Shown here: positions 19,975 to 30,215 of the stretch, in pieces
Layout: every line of letters starts with the position of its first letter
Numbering within the stretch: the first letter of the stretch is position 1
Made by a program: the position numbers and the translations under genes
The notes under the pieces: generated by a model
The model's database searches: none
Seen by the model: the letters and a program-made list of their open reading frames with translations, nothing else
What the model was told of the DNA's origin: nothing
Assembly (NCBI GenBank): GCA_963966365.1
Contig: CAWZZC010000027.1
Span: 65,989-129,988 of the forward strand
Reading direction: 5' to 3'
DNA length: 64,000 nucleotides
DNA from: Mesorhizobium sp.
GTDB taxonomy: Bacteria; Pseudomonadota; Alphaproteobacteria; Rhizobiales; Rhizobiaceae

Positions 19975-20570
19975 TTGTCGAACCGCTCGTTTTTCCAGGT
20001 CGTGGTGGCGAAATGCAGTGTCCGTCCGTTGCTCAGGTTGGACATCGACGAACGAAGGAAATCCGTTAGCACCGGCCAGCGATAGAACACTCGAAGCATG
20101 TTGCGTTCCTCGGAGGCGCCAGCTTCGACCTTGAAGCCCTGAGGATCGAGATTGCCGTTGACCGTCAGAACGATCTCACCATTTTCGATCTTGAAACCCG
20201 TGGCGGCCGCGTCTTCAAACGTTGCGTGCGAGCGCAGGTCGACGTCCAGTCCTTCGCAGCCGCTCGCCACGATCAGATCGAGCCGATCGCAGATCAGTCC
20301 CTCGAGAGTGTCCTTGTCCAGGTCTTCGGCCCGTACCTGTCCTGTGCGGACCAGACGCGCGACCTCGTCTGTCGCGTTGGTCAGAATCTGCTGTCCGACA
20401 AAGGATATGCAGCTTTCCAGGACGGCGAAGATGAGCATCGCGAAAGGCAGAACGAGCATGCTGAACTCGATCGCCACCACACCATCGCGATTGCGCAGAA
20501 AACCCCGGCGGCGGCTACGCTCGTCGGGCGAACCTCTTGTCACTGAATTCTTGCTGGCCTTCATGACCAT
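19971..20570 (-). CDS. TadE/TadG-family pseudopilin-like pilus assembly protein
   Basis: TadE-like N-terminal segment RDGVVAIEFSMLVLPFAMLIFAVLESC. Confidence 0.8.
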   Translation of the reverse strand: MVMKASKNSVTRGSPDERSRRRGFLRNRDGVVAIEFSMLVLPFAMLIFAVLESCISFVGQQILTNATDEVARLVRTGQVRAEDLDKDTLEGLICDRLDLIVASGCEGLDVDLRSHATFEDAAATGFKIENGEIVLTVNGNLDPQGFKVEAGASEERNMLRVFYRWPVLTDFLRSSMSNLSNGRTLHFATTTWKNERFDK

Positions 20571-20723
20571 GGCGCCAAACCCCCAATGTTTTGACGCCGC
20601 AACGATAACCGACGGAATTTGAGGGCCGGTTGAAGAAACACGTCAAATCGACCCGATGACGTTAACCCTGTCGCAATCCTGTTGAGCACAACAGCCCGGC
20701 GCGCGACGCCAGCCGGCAACGGC

Positions 20724-21161
20724 TTATCGCGCGTTCATTTCCTCTTCAGAAAGCCGCTCGGCTTCGCTCTTGTAGGAACTCTCGCAATAGGGCGTGCAGG
20801 ACAGGGTCTGCACCGTGTCGCGGCGATAGATGCGGACCGAGCGGGCATCCTGGCGCGCAACGAAGACCTGTTCGTCGACCACCGGTTCGCCGTCGATGTC
20901 GAGCACGACGAGATTGGTGACGCCGAATCCCTTGCCGGTAAGGACGATCGTGCTGGCGTCCTGCACCGCCGCGTCGGCGATCTCGGGATTGCCGATCACC
21001 ACCGTGTCGGCCGGGCGCGCCAGCTTCACGATCTTGGCCTCGTTCATCATCAACTTGATGCCCGTGTCGGCAAGGGCCGGCAGGGATTGCAGCGTCATTG
21101 CCGAGACGGCCAGAGCGGCCAGAGCCGCCCGCCTGAGAATGCCGTTATGCCGATGCGCCAT
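20724..21161 (-). CDS. secreted protein consisting of a stand-alone pilus-secretin N-terminal (CpaC-N-like) domain
   Basis: Signal peptide (ALAVSAMTLQSLPALA). The core IVKLARPADTVVIGNPEIADAAVQDASTIVLTGKGFGVTNLVVL parallels the CpaC N-terminus SIVVDLPQDAYDILVANPAVADAVTRTARRIYLFGKQVGETNVFVF. Confidence 0.75.
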   Translation of the reverse strand: MAHRHNGILRRAALAALAVSAMTLQSLPALADTGIKLMMNEAKIVKLARPADTVVIGNPEIADAAVQDASTIVLTGKGFGVTNLVVLDIDGEPVVDEQVFVARQDARSVRIYRRDTVQTLSCTPYCESSYKSEAERLSEEEMNAR

Positions 21162-21483
21162 TTCAAACCCCCGCGCTCTGAAAATCGTTCCAGACGATGC
21201 CGCGCAATGGTGAATCTTCGGTTAAGGCGCCCGCCCTGCCCCGAAGGACTGCAAAATATGGCGTACGGGCCGGGGCAGCCAATACTTGCATCGAACGACA
21301 TTGGACAAGGGGAAACGGGGCTCCACTCATTATCGAATGCGTAAGACTGTTTCTTAAACCTGTTGAAAGACCCTCCTCCTACGCTTGCCCATCTGGCAAC
21401 GCTACATGGGACAGGCCAGCGCGCCAAAGCCGGCACGATGACATCGGCTGGTCGCGCGACAGGCCCGACCCGAAGGGGGACCG

Positions 21484-22005
21484 ATGATCGAGGCAGCGAT
21501 TTTTGTCGTCTTTCCATTTTGCATGGTCTTCGCGGCCATCTCCGACCTCATGTCGATGACGATCCAGAATCGGGTTTCCTTGCTTCTGGTTGCCGGATTT
21601 GCAGCGATCGCTCCCATGACCGGCATGGACTGGCAGGTCTATGGCCTGCACTTCCTCGTCATGGCCGCTGTGCTTGCCGTTACTTTCACACTCTTCGCTT
21701 TCAATGCCATGGGCGGAGGCGATGCCAAGCTCATGGCCGCCACGGCGCTGTGGATGGGGCCGGGCATGGCGGTGGTCGACTATCTCTTCACGGCCACGAT
21801 GCTGGGTGGCGCCCTGACGCTGGCGCTCCTCGTATTTCGCAATTCGCCGCTGGCTGCCTTTGCCGGCCGCACCGTCTTTACGCAGCATCTGGCAGACAAG
21901 GCCGTCGGCATTCCTTATGGCATCGCCCTCGGCGTCGGCGGCCTCCTGGCGTTTCCCGCCTCGCCGCTGATGATCTGGGCGATGGGCCGGATGATTGCGT
22001 CCTGA
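21484..22005 (+). CDS. cpaA: A24-family prepilin peptidase CpaA
   Basis: 173 aa polytopic membrane protein. Both catalytic Asp contexts are present (AISDLMS and GGGDAKLMA). Confidence 0.9.
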   Translation: MIEAAIFVVFPFCMVFAAISDLMSMTIQNRVSLLLVAGFAAIAPMTGMDWQVYGLHFLVMAAVLAVTFTLFAFNAMGGGDAKLMAATALWMGPGMAVVDYLFTATMLGGALTLALLVFRNSPLAAFAGRTVFTQHLADKAVGIPYGIALGVGGLLAFPASPLMIWAMGRMIAS

Positions 22006-22132
22006 AGCCAGGGCAAATCGATCAACAGAAAATTAAGTACGACAATAAGTATCGCGTTAACCTTAATTTGACGATTGCCGATTCATCCTTGGCCCAGGGC
22101 AAGTGAACGGGACAGGGCATGGGGCGCTTTCT

Positions 22133-22939
22133 ATGAACACTTCACGGCTGATCGTATTGGGTGTGGCAGCCGCCGCGGCCATCGGCGCGGGTCTCATCGC
22201 CAAGAGCATAGTTGCAAAGCCGACCGTCGTAGCGTCGGCCGGACCGACGCAACCCGCCGTCGAGACCGTCGAGGTCCTCGTCGTCTGGCAGGACATCCCG
22301 ATCGGAACTCCGATTGACGGACAGCTGCGCTGGCAGGAATGGCCGCGCGACGCGGTGAGCGAAGGCTTCATCACACGCGACAGGGAGCCAGACGCGAAAG
22401 AGCGGCTGACCAATTCGGTCGCGCGTTATGCGATCTACAAGGGCGAGCCGCTGCGCCGCTCCAAGCTGGTCGGCGAGGGACAGAGCTTCATGTCATCCGT
22501 TCTGCCCGCTGGCAGACGCGCCATCGCCACGCGGATTTCGGCCGACACGTCGGCAGGCGGCTTCATTCTGCCCAACGACTTCGTGGACGTCATCATGACA
22601 CGGCGCGACGAAACCGAGGGCGGCACCGGCTACGTCACCGAGACGGTGCTGGAAAACATCAAGGTGCTGGCGATCGACCAGACCATTCAGGAAGACGAGA
22701 ACGGCAAGAAGGTGAAGGTCGGACAGACGGCCACGCTGGAACTGACCGCCCGCCAGGCCGAAATCATCACGGTGGCCCAGGAAATGGCAGACAGGCTCAC
22801 GCTCGCGCTGCGTTCGGTCAACGACGCTCAGGAAGTGGTCGGAGCCGGCGCGGACTATCTGGTGAGCGGTGCCGGACGTCCGGGAACCGTTCGCCTGATC
22901 AAGTTCGGCGAAGTCTCTGAGGTGGGAGCGCGCAAATGA
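22133..22939 (+). CDS. cpaB: Flp pilus assembly protein CpaB
   Basis: The track start at 22103 is GTG; the ATG at 22133 gives MNTSRLIVLGVAAAAAIGAG... N-terminal anchor plus a SAF/RcpC-like region. Confidence 0.88.
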   Translation: MNTSRLIVLGVAAAAAIGAGLIAKSIVAKPTVVASAGPTQPAVETVEVLVVWQDIPIGTPIDGQLRWQEWPRDAVSEGFITRDREPDAKERLTNSVARYAIYKGEPLRRSKLVGEGQSFMSSVLPAGRRAIATRISADTSAGGFILPNDFVDVIMTRRDETEGGTGYVTETVLENIKVLAIDQTIQEDENGKKVKVGQTATLELTARQAEIITVAQEMADRLTLALRSVNDAQEVVGAGADYLVSGAGRPGTVRLIKFGEVSEVGARK

Positions 22940-24519
22940 TTTCGCACTACAAGTCAGCCGGGGCTATCGCGCGCCCCGCATATCTTTCCAGACTGGCCGC
23001 GACGCTTCTGGCCGCGACGGCATTCACAGTGGCGGTCGGACCCGACATGGCGCCGCGAACGGCTCAAGCCAGCGACCTGACGGTCGATTCCAGCATGGCC
23101 GGCGCTCAGCGCGTCAAGCTGGGGCTCAACAAGTCGATCGTCGTCGACCTGCCGCAGGACGCCTATGACATCCTCGTGGCGAACCCGGCGGTTGCCGACG
23201 CCGTGACGCGGACCGCGCGCCGCATCTATCTCTTCGGCAAGCAGGTCGGCGAGACCAATGTCTTCGTCTTCGGTCCGAATGGCGAGCAGATCACGAGCCT
23301 CGACATCCAGGTCGAGCGCGACGTGGCCGGGCTCGAGGACTATCTGAAACGTTTCGTGCCCGAATCCGACATCAAGGTCGAGCTCCTCAACGACAACGTC
23401 GTGCTGACCGGTACGGCGCAGACTCCCCTCGATGCGATGCGGGCGGGCCAGCTCGCGGAAGCCTTCGTCACCGGCGGCGAAGCCACCACCGGTCAATACG
23501 CCATCACGGCGGCCGCGCCCGGTGGGGCCAACTCCTGGGGCGGCGAAGTCGCCATCAACAACCCGGACGGCGAACGCCAGAAGAGCGCCATCATCAATCT
23601 CATCAAGATCATCGGCGAGGACCAGGTCACGCTCAAGGTGACGGTCGCGGAAGTCAGCCGCAATGTCATGAAGCAGCTCGGCGTGAACCTGATCGCGAGC
23701 GGCGACACCAACGGCATCAGCTGGGGCGCCATCAGCGACAACGTCATGGGGCTCGGCAAGCCCTTGTCGGGCACTCAGGTGGCGCTGGGATCATCCTCGC
23801 TTGACGCCTATTTCAACGCCATGGAACAGGCCGGCGTGATGAAGACGCTCGCCGAACCCAACCTGACGGCGGTTTCCGGCGAGAAGGCCACGTTCAAGGT
23901 GGGCGGGGAATTCAATCTCGTCACGGGTCAAACCGTTGAACAGGGCGACGTGACGAAAGGCCAGACCGACCAGTTGGTCTACGAGATCGAAAAGCTCGAA
24001 TACGGCATCGGGTTGGAGTTCCAGCCGGTCGTTCTTTCGCCCGGGCGCATCAGCCTGAAGATCAGGACGCAGGTTTCCGAGCCCACCAACGAGGCATCGG
24101 TCTCGCTGTCGTCGGGCGTGCGCACGCCCGGCATGAATGCGCTGTCCATCCGCAAGCGCCTGGCCGACACGACGGTGGAACTGCCGTCCGGCGGCTCCAT
24201 GATGATCGCCGGTCTGGTGCGCGACGATATCCGTCAGGTCATCAACGGACTTCCGGGCCTGCGCAAGGTTCCGGTGCTCGGCACGCTGTTCCGCAGCCGC
24301 GACTTCGTGCGCAACGAGACCGAGCTGGTCATCATCGTGACGCCCTATCTGTCGCGTCCCGTGGCACGCAATCAGCTCGCCAAGCCGGATGACAATTTCA
24401 ACGCCGCCAGCGACGGCGCGGGCATGTTCCTTGGCCGCGTCAACCGTGTCTACGGCACCATGAAAACCGACCTGCCGAAGGGCCGCTACCACGGCGTCGT
24501 CGGCTTCATCTACAAGTGA
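22936..24519 (+). CDS. cpaC: Tad pilus secretin CpaC
   Basis: 527 aa. Signal peptide, N-domain, and a C-terminal secretin domain (GVMKTLAEPNLTAVSGEKATF..., VPVLGTLFRS). ATGA overlap with cpaB. Confidence 0.93.
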   Translation: MISHYKSAGAIARPAYLSRLAATLLAATAFTVAVGPDMAPRTAQASDLTVDSSMAGAQRVKLGLNKSIVVDLPQDAYDILVANPAVADAVTRTARRIYLFGKQVGETNVFVFGPNGEQITSLDIQVERDVAGLEDYLKRFVPESDIKVELLNDNVVLTGTAQTPLDAMRAGQLAEAFVTGGEATTGQYAITAAAPGGANSWGGEVAINNPDGERQKSAIINLIKIIGEDQVTLKVTVAEVSRNVMKQLGVNLIASGDTNGISWGAISDNVMGLGKPLSGTQVALGSSSLDAYFNAMEQAGVMKTLAEPNLTAVSGEKATFKVGGEFNLVTGQTVEQGDVTKGQTDQLVYEIEKLEYGIGLEFQPVVLSPGRISLKIRTQVSEPTNEASVSLSSGVRTPGMNALSIRKRLADTTVELPSGGSMMIAGLVRDDIRQVINGLPGLRKVPVLGTLFRSRDFVRNETELVIIVTPYLSRPVARNQLAKPDDNFNAASDGAGMFLGRVNRVYGTMKTDLPKGRYHGVVGFIYK

Positions 24520-24536
24520 GATTGGGAGCGGGGGTT

Positions 24537-25253
24537 ATGAGCAAAGCGCTTTTTCAGGGTCGCCGCACCTGCGTCGCGGGCCTGCGCATCGGTGGCGCCC
24601 TAACGGCAATCGCGGCCCTCGCCGTGGTCGCGGGGTGTGCAAAGACCGACTCCGTGGTCGTCGGAGCGATTCCGGACGACTACCGGACCAACCATCCGAT
24701 CGTCATAACCGAGAAGGACGACGTGATCGACCTTCCGGTCGCCTCGAGCGACCACACGATGACCCCGGTGCAGAAGGTGGCACTGGACGGTTTCATGGCC
24801 AATTACGACCGCCGGTCGGGTTCGCTGGTCCGCATCATGGTGCCGAGCGATACGGCCAATGCCGCAGCGGCGAGCCGCGTCGCCCGTGATCTCGCCGCGC
24901 GCATGCAGACCAAGGGCGTTCCCGGAGGACGCATCGTCACCCTGCCCTACAAGGCCGGCGCACCCGAGGCGAGCGCCCCGATCCGCGTCGTCTATGGCCG
25001 CATGCAGGCATCGACGGGCCCGTGCGGACGCTGGCCGGCGGACGTTCTCGACGATTCCGAGAACAAGCACTACGCAAATTTCGGCTGCTCCTACCAGAAC
25101 AACCTTGCCGCACAGATCGCCAACCCGGCCGATCTCCTGGGACCGCGTGAACAGACCGAGATCGACGCCGCCAACCGTGTGGGCGCCATCGAGGAATACG
25201 AGACGCGTGGGGTGACAAATCGCTTCCGCAGTGCCAGCGAAGTCTACTACTGA
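24537..25253 (+). CDS. cpaD: pilus assembly lipoprotein CpaD
   Basis: The track start at 24516 is GTG; the ATG at 24537 follows GGGAGCGGGGG. Lipobox VVAGC. CpaD-like C-terminus (CGRWP...NFGCSYQNNLAAQIANPADL). Confidence 0.85.
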   Translation: MSKALFQGRRTCVAGLRIGGALTAIAALAVVAGCAKTDSVVVGAIPDDYRTNHPIVITEKDDVIDLPVASSDHTMTPVQKVALDGFMANYDRRSGSLVRIMVPSDTANAAAASRVARDLAARMQTKGVPGGRIVTLPYKAGAPEASAPIRVVYGRMQASTGPCGRWPADVLDDSENKHYANFGCSYQNNLAAQIANPADLLGPREQTEIDAANRVGAIEEYETRGVTNRFRSASEVYY

Positions 25254-25271
25254 TCGCCGGAGACGAACGAC

Positions 25272-26552
25272 ATGAGCAATCTGGCATACGACACCGAACT
25301 GCCGGAAGAAGACATCCAGCCGGCACGGGATATCGAACTGAACGAAATCAGGCCGATCCCGCGCATCTCGATACAGGCCTTCTGCGAAACCGAAGCGGTG
25401 GCCAAGCTCATCGAACGGGCGGGCAGCGACCGACGGATGGCCAAGACGCATCTGAAGGTGCACCTGGGCGGGCTAGACTCAGCGCTCGACTATTACGGCC
25501 AGGCGCCCACGCCGAACCTGATCGTGCTGGAGTCGCGCGCCGAGCCCAAGCAGCTTCTGGCCGCGCTCGACCAGCTGGCCAATGTCTGCGATCCCTCCAC
25601 TAAGGTGGTGGTGATCGGCCACTACAACGATGTCTGGCTCTATCGCGAGCTCGTGAAGTCGGGCGTCTCGGAATATGTGGTCGCGCCGGTTTCCCTGGCC
25701 GACGTCGTGGGAACGGTTGCCCAGATCTTCGTCGATCCGGGCGCCGAACCGCTCGGAAAGTCATACGCGTTCGTCGGCGCCAAGGGCGGCGTGGGTTCGT
25801 CCACCCTGGCTCACAATGTGGCCTGGGCGATGTCCTGCGCCTTCGAGTCCGAGGTCGTCATGGCCGACCTGGACCTGCCGTTCGGCACGGCCAACATCAA
25901 TTTCGACCAGGACCCCGCACAGGGAATAGCCGAAGCGGTCTTTTCGCCGGAACGACTCGACGAGGTCTATCTCGACAGACTGCTTGCGCAATGCGCCGAA
26001 CGGCTGTCGCTGCTTGCGGCGCCGTCAACGCTCGACAGGACGTATGATTTCGATCCTGACGCCTTCGGGCAGATCATCGAGACGGTGCAGCGCAGCGCCC
26101 CCCTGCTGGTGCTCGACGTGCCGCATCTGTGGAACGGGTGGACCCGCAACACGCTGGCGCAGGCTGACGAGATCATCATCACGGCGACGCCGGAACTGGC
26201 AAATCTGCGCAATACCAAGAACCTGATCGACACGCTGACCAAGCTGCGTCCCAACGACGCCCAGCCGCGGCTGGTGATCAATCAGGCAGGCGTGCCGAAG
26301 CGACCGGAGATTTCCCCGGAAGAGTTCGCCCAGCCGCTGGGACTCGAGCCGATCGCCGTCATTCCGTTCGAGCCGCAGCTTTTCGGCAATGCGTCCAACA
26401 ACGGACGCATGCTCGGCGAGATGGACGCGCAGCACATCATCACGAAAACGGTGAGCGACATTGCCCACATTCTGACAGGTCGCAGCGAAATCAAGGCCAA
26501 GGCAAAGCCGGGTCTGGCCGGCCTGTTCGGCAAGCTGAGACGGAAGGGATAG
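25272..26552 (+). CDS. cpaE: pilus assembly ATPase CpaE (receiver-like domain plus MinD/ParA-type ATPase)
   Basis: 426 aa. Deviant Walker A GAKGGVGSSTLAHN and position between cpaD and cpaF. Confidence 0.9.
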   Translation: MSNLAYDTELPEEDIQPARDIELNEIRPIPRISIQAFCETEAVAKLIERAGSDRRMAKTHLKVHLGGLDSALDYYGQAPTPNLIVLESRAEPKQLLAALDQLANVCDPSTKVVVIGHYNDVWLYRELVKSGVSEYVVAPVSLADVVGTVAQIFVDPGAEPLGKSYAFVGAKGGVGSSTLAHNVAWAMSCAFESEVVMADLDLPFGTANINFDQDPAQGIAEAVFSPERLDEVYLDRLLAQCAERLSLLAAPSTLDRTYDFDPDAFGQIIETVQRSAPLLVLDVPHLWNGWTRNTLAQADEIIITATPELANLRNTKNLIDTLTKLRPNDAQPRLVINQAGVPKRPEISPEEFAQPLGLEPIAVIPFEPQLFGNASNNGRMLGEMDAQHIITKTVSDIAHILTGRSEIKAKAKPGLAGLFGKLRRKG

Positions 26553-26597
26553 CCCCGCCCCAAGCGGTGGCGGGAACGAACGATCGAGGCGCGATTC

Positions 26598-28079
26598 ATG
26601 TTTGGAAGAAGAGGCACCGACACCATCGCCAGAGGCGGACGCGACGGCACGGACGTCGCGGTCGCGCCGGCGTCCCCGGCCGGCCCAGCCGCACCGGATC
26701 CGGCCGCGAAGCCATCCGCTCCCGAGGCCGCGCCGCGCCGCAGCGTCGAGGCTCCACCGATCGCGGCGGAACCGAAGTCGCGGGCGCGCGAGCGCAGCGA
26801 GAGCTACTACGACACCAAGAGCCAGGTCTTCACCGCGCTCATCGACAGCATCGACCTGTCGCAACTGGCCAAGCTCGAACCGGACAGCGCGCGCGAGGAA
26901 ATCCGCGACATCGTCAACGACATCATCGCGATCAAGAATTTTGTGATGTCGATCTCCGAGCAGGAGGAACTGCTCGAGGACATCTGCAACGACGTGCTCG
27001 GCTACGGACCGCTCGAACCGCTTCTGGCGCGCGACGACATTGCCGATATCATGGTCAACGGGGCCACGAAGGTCTACATCGAGGTCAACGGCAAGGTCGA
27101 GAACACCGCCGTTCGCTTCCGCGACAACCAGCAGCTCCTGAACATCTGCCAGCGCATCGTGTCTCAGGTCGGACGCCGCGTCGACGAATCGAGCCCGATC
27201 TGCGATGCGCGACTGCCGGACGGATCACGTGTCAACGTCATCGCGCCGCCGCTCGCGATCGACGGCACAGCCCTCACCATTCGAAAGTTCAAGAAGGACA
27301 AGCTGACGCTCGATCAGCTCGTCAAGTTCGGCGCCATCTCGCCGGCAGGCGCGGAGGTGCTGAAGATCGTCGGCCGTGTGCGCTGCAACGTGGTGATCTC
27401 CGGCGGCACCGGTTCCGGCAAGACGACGCTGCTGAACTGTCTGACCAATTACATCGACCGCGACGAACGTGTGATCACTTGCGAGGACTCCGCCGAACTG
27501 CAGCTTCAGCAGCCGCACGTGGTTCGACTGGAGACGCGCCCGCCGAACCTGGAGGGCGAGGGCGAAGTCACCATGCGCGACCTGGTCAAGAACTGCCTGC
27601 GCATGCGGCCCGAGCGTATCATCGTCGGCGAGGTTCGCGGACCGGAGGTCTTCGACCTGCTGCAGGCCATGAACACCGGCCATGACGGCTCCATGGGCAC
27701 AATCCACTCCAACAGTCCGCGCGAGTGCCTCAACCGCATGGAATCCATGATCGCCATGGGCGGGTTCCAGCTGCCGCAGAAGACGGTCCGCGAGATCATC
27801 GTCGGCTCGGTCGACGTCATCATACAGGCGGCGCGCCTGCGCGACGGCTCGCGCCGCATCACGCACATCACCGAAGTGATCGGAATGGAAGGCGACGTGA
27901 TCGTTACCCAGGACCTCGTCGTCTACAACATCAAGGGCGAGGACCAGGGCGGCAGGATCATCGGCGAGCATGTCTCGACGGGGATCGGCCGGCCGGCCTT
28001 CTGGGACCGCGCACGTTACTACGGCGAAGAAGCACGCCTTGCCAATGCGCTGGAAACAATGGAACGCAGCGCAGGATGA
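26598..28079 (+). CDS. cpaF: Tad secretion ATPase CpaF/TadA
   Basis: 493 aa. Pro/Ala-rich N-terminal extension. Walker [13 protein letters not shown]. Asp/His boxes of the VirB11/PilT-like family. Confidence 0.95.
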   Translation: MFGRRGTDTIARGGRDGTDVAVAPASPAGPAAPDPAAKPSAPEAAPRRSVEAPPIAAEPKSRARERSESYYDTKSQVFTALIDSIDLSQLAKLEPDSAREEIRDIVNDIIAIKNFVMSISEQEELLEDICNDVLGYGPLEPLLARDDIADIMVNGATKVYIEVNGKVENTAVRFRDNQQLLNICQRIVSQVGRRVDESSPICDARLPDGSRVNVIAPPLAIDGTALTIRKFKKDKLTLDQLVKFGAISPAGAEVLKIVGRVRCNVVISGGTGSGKTTLLNCLTNYIDRDERVITCEDSAELQLQQPHVVRLETRPPNLEGEGEVTMRDLVKNCLRMRPERIIVGEVRGPEVFDLLQAMNTGHDGSMGTIHSNSPRECLNRMESMIAMGGFQLPQKTVREIIVGSVDVIIQAARLRDGSRRITHITEVIGMEGDVIVTQDLVVYNIKGEDQGGRIIGEHVSTGIGRPAFWDRARYYGEEARLANALETMERSAG

Positions 28080-28100
28080 TGGCGCACAGGAGATAGTCGC

Positions 28101-29114
28101 ATGTTCGGGATCGATCCGACCGTCATCCTCATCTTCGTTCTTGCCGGCGTGAGCGCCGGCGCGGCCGCCTATGCGGTGATGTTCAAACGCATCGAGGACG
28201 AGCGCACGGCCGACCGGCGGCTCGACAGCATCAAGAGGGCGGAAACGGACAAGACCGTGGTCAAGGCCGCGCGCGACCGCGTGGCCGAAGCAGCCAAACG
28301 CCGCAAGGCGGTCCAGGATTCGCTCAACGAACTGGATCAGCGACAGAAGTCGAAGGACCAGCACATCAGGAAGCCGCCGCTGAAGCTGATGCTCAAGCAG
28401 GCCGGACTGTCCGTTCCGGTCGGCCGCTTCTATCTCTATTCGGCAATCTGCGGCCTGGCGCTTGCGCTCATCACGCTTGTTGCGGGAGCGCCATTGTGGG
28501 CTGTCCCCGCTGCGCTCGTCGTTGGCGGCCTGGGCCTGCCGCGCTGGGTGGTCATTTTCCTTCGCAAGCGCCGTGTCGCGGCTTTTCTGGAAGAGATGCC
28601 GAACGCGCTCGACGTCATCGTGCGTTCCGTCAAGTCCGGTCTGCCTCTGAACGACGGCGTCAGGCTGATCGCCAGCGAGGCGCGCGAACCCGTGCGCACC
28701 GAGTTTCGCCGCATCGTCGAGGCGCAGCAGCTCGGCATCTCCATCCCCGAAGCCTGCCTTCGCATGCAGGAAACGATGCCCTGCCCTGAAGCCGGGTTCT
28801 TCGGCATCGTGATTCAGATCCAGTCGCAGGCCGGCGGCAATCTGTCCGAGGCGCTGGGCAACCTGTCGCGCGTCCTGCGCGACCGCAAGAAGATGAAGGC
28901 GAAGATCCAGGCGATCTCCATGGAGGCGAAGGCCTCGGCGGCCATCATCGGTGCGCTTCCGTTCATCGTTGCGCTGCTCGTCTCGGTCACCAGCCCGAAC
29001 TATCTGGTGCCGCTTTTCACGACGAGCACCGGCCACATCATCCTCGGCTGCTCGGCCATCTGGATGAGCGTCGGTATCTTCGTCATGCGCAACATGATCA
29101 ATTTCGAAATCTGA
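28101..29114 (+). CDS. tadB: type II secretion F-family inner-membrane protein TadB
   Basis: 337 aa. TM helices flank a T2SSF domain. Follows cpaF. Confidence 0.9.
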   Translation: MFGIDPTVILIFVLAGVSAGAAAYAVMFKRIEDERTADRRLDSIKRAETDKTVVKAARDRVAEAAKRRKAVQDSLNELDQRQKSKDQHIRKPPLKLMLKQAGLSVPVGRFYLYSAICGLALALITLVAGAPLWAVPAALVVGGLGLPRWVVIFLRKRRVAAFLEEMPNALDVIVRSVKSGLPLNDGVRLIASEAREPVRTEFRRIVEAQQLGISIPEACLRMQETMPCPEAGFFGIVIQIQSQAGGNLSEALGNLSRVLRDRKKMKAKIQAISMEAKASAAIIGALPFIVALLVSVTSPNYLVPLFTTSTGHIILGCSAIWMSVGIFVMRNMINFEI

Positions 29115-29135
29115 TGGGGCAACGGGGCAGGACTC

Positions 29136-30122
29136 ATGACCGACCAGATCGTCAAGGCGCTGTTTGATCCGTCCTTCCTGATCGCGATACTCGTCGCGGT
29201 GGCCGTGTTCGCCACGGCCTTCACCGTCATGCCGGCGCTCAGCGGCAACGAATTGAAGGCACGCATGAAGTCGGTGGCGCTGGAGCGCGAGGAACTGCGC
29301 GCCAAGCAGCGCGCGCGCCTGGTCGCCGAATCCAACAAGCGCAGGGGTTTGCGCCATCAGGATTCGGGCAAGATGCGCAACATCGTCGACAGGCTCGACC
29401 TGCGCCGCGCGCTGGCCGACGAAGCGACGATGGCCAAGCTTCGCATGGCGGGCTTTCGTGGCCAGAACCCTCTGACGCGCTTTCTGTTCTTCCGCCTGGT
29501 CCTGCCGGTCGTCGGCTTCGCAGGCGGTGCCTTCTACATCTTCGTGATGGGCGGACTGTCAGACCGGCCGCTGTTCGTGCAGATCTTCGTCTGCATCATC
29601 TGTGCCTATGCCGGCTTCTATGCGCCGATCGTCTACGTGTCCAACCGGGCGGCGAAGCGCAAGCAGTCGATCCAGCGCGCCTGGCCCGATGCGCTCGACC
29701 TGACGCTGATCTGCGTGGAGTCGGGCATGTCGATCGAAGCCGCCTTCCGCCGCGTTGCCGACGAGATCGGCACACAGTCGGTGGAACTGGCGGAGGAACT
29801 GGTACTCACCAATGCCGAACTCGCCTTCCTTCAGGAACGCCGGCAGGCCTACGAGAACCTCGCCAACCGGACGGGACTGGAATCGGTCAAGAGCATCACG
29901 CAGGCGCTGATCCAGGCCGAGCGCTACGGTACCCCGATCGCCAACGCCCTGCGCGTGCTGGCTCAGGAAAGCCGTGAGATGCGGATGAACGAAGCGGAAA
30001 AGAAGGCCGCAGCCCTGCCACCCAAGCTCACCGTCCCCATGATCGTGTTCTTCCTTCCCGTCCTGTTCGCGGTCATCATGGGGCCGGCCGGCATTTCCGT
30101 CTCGCAGCGCGGAATGTTCTGA
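29136..30122 (+). CDS. tadC: type II secretion F-family inner-membrane protein TadC
   Basis: 328 aa. T2SSF domain (WPDALDLTLICVESGMSIEAA...). Follows tadB. Confidence 0.9.
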   Translation: MTDQIVKALFDPSFLIAILVAVAVFATAFTVMPALSGNELKARMKSVALEREELRAKQRARLVAESNKRRGLRHQDSGKMRNIVDRLDLRRALADEATMAKLRMAGFRGQNPLTRFLFFRLVLPVVGFAGGAFYIFVMGGLSDRPLFVQIFVCIICAYAGFYAPIVYVSNRAAKRKQSIQRAWPDALDLTLICVESGMSIEAAFRRVADEIGTQSVELAEELVLTNAELAFLQERRQAYENLANRTGLESVKSITQALIQAERYGTPIANALRVLAQESREMRMNEAEKKAAALPPKLTVPMIVFFLPVLFAVIMGPAGISVSQRGMF

Positions 30123-30136
30123 CACGTCTGTGCGAC

Positions 30137-30155
30137 GAGACCCGCACGGGGTCTT
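30137..30155 (+). terminator. possible weak terminator after tadC
   Basis: AGACCC-gcac-GGGGTCT hairpin followed only by TTGTC, so the U-tract is poor. Confidence 0.35.
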
Positions 30156-30215
30156 GTCAGCCTTCGTGGAAACGCACTATCTCAATCGCTCATCGGGTTG
30201 CGCGGAGCAACAGAC

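Noticed and set aside
21197-21487. 96-aa ORF upstream of cpaA, containing ...GAPLIIECV..., considered as a degenerate Flp pilin.
   Set aside because: The resemblance to the Flp G/xxxxEY motif is superficial. There is no hydrophobic pilin helix after it, the length and position are wrong, and it overlaps the cpaA start region.
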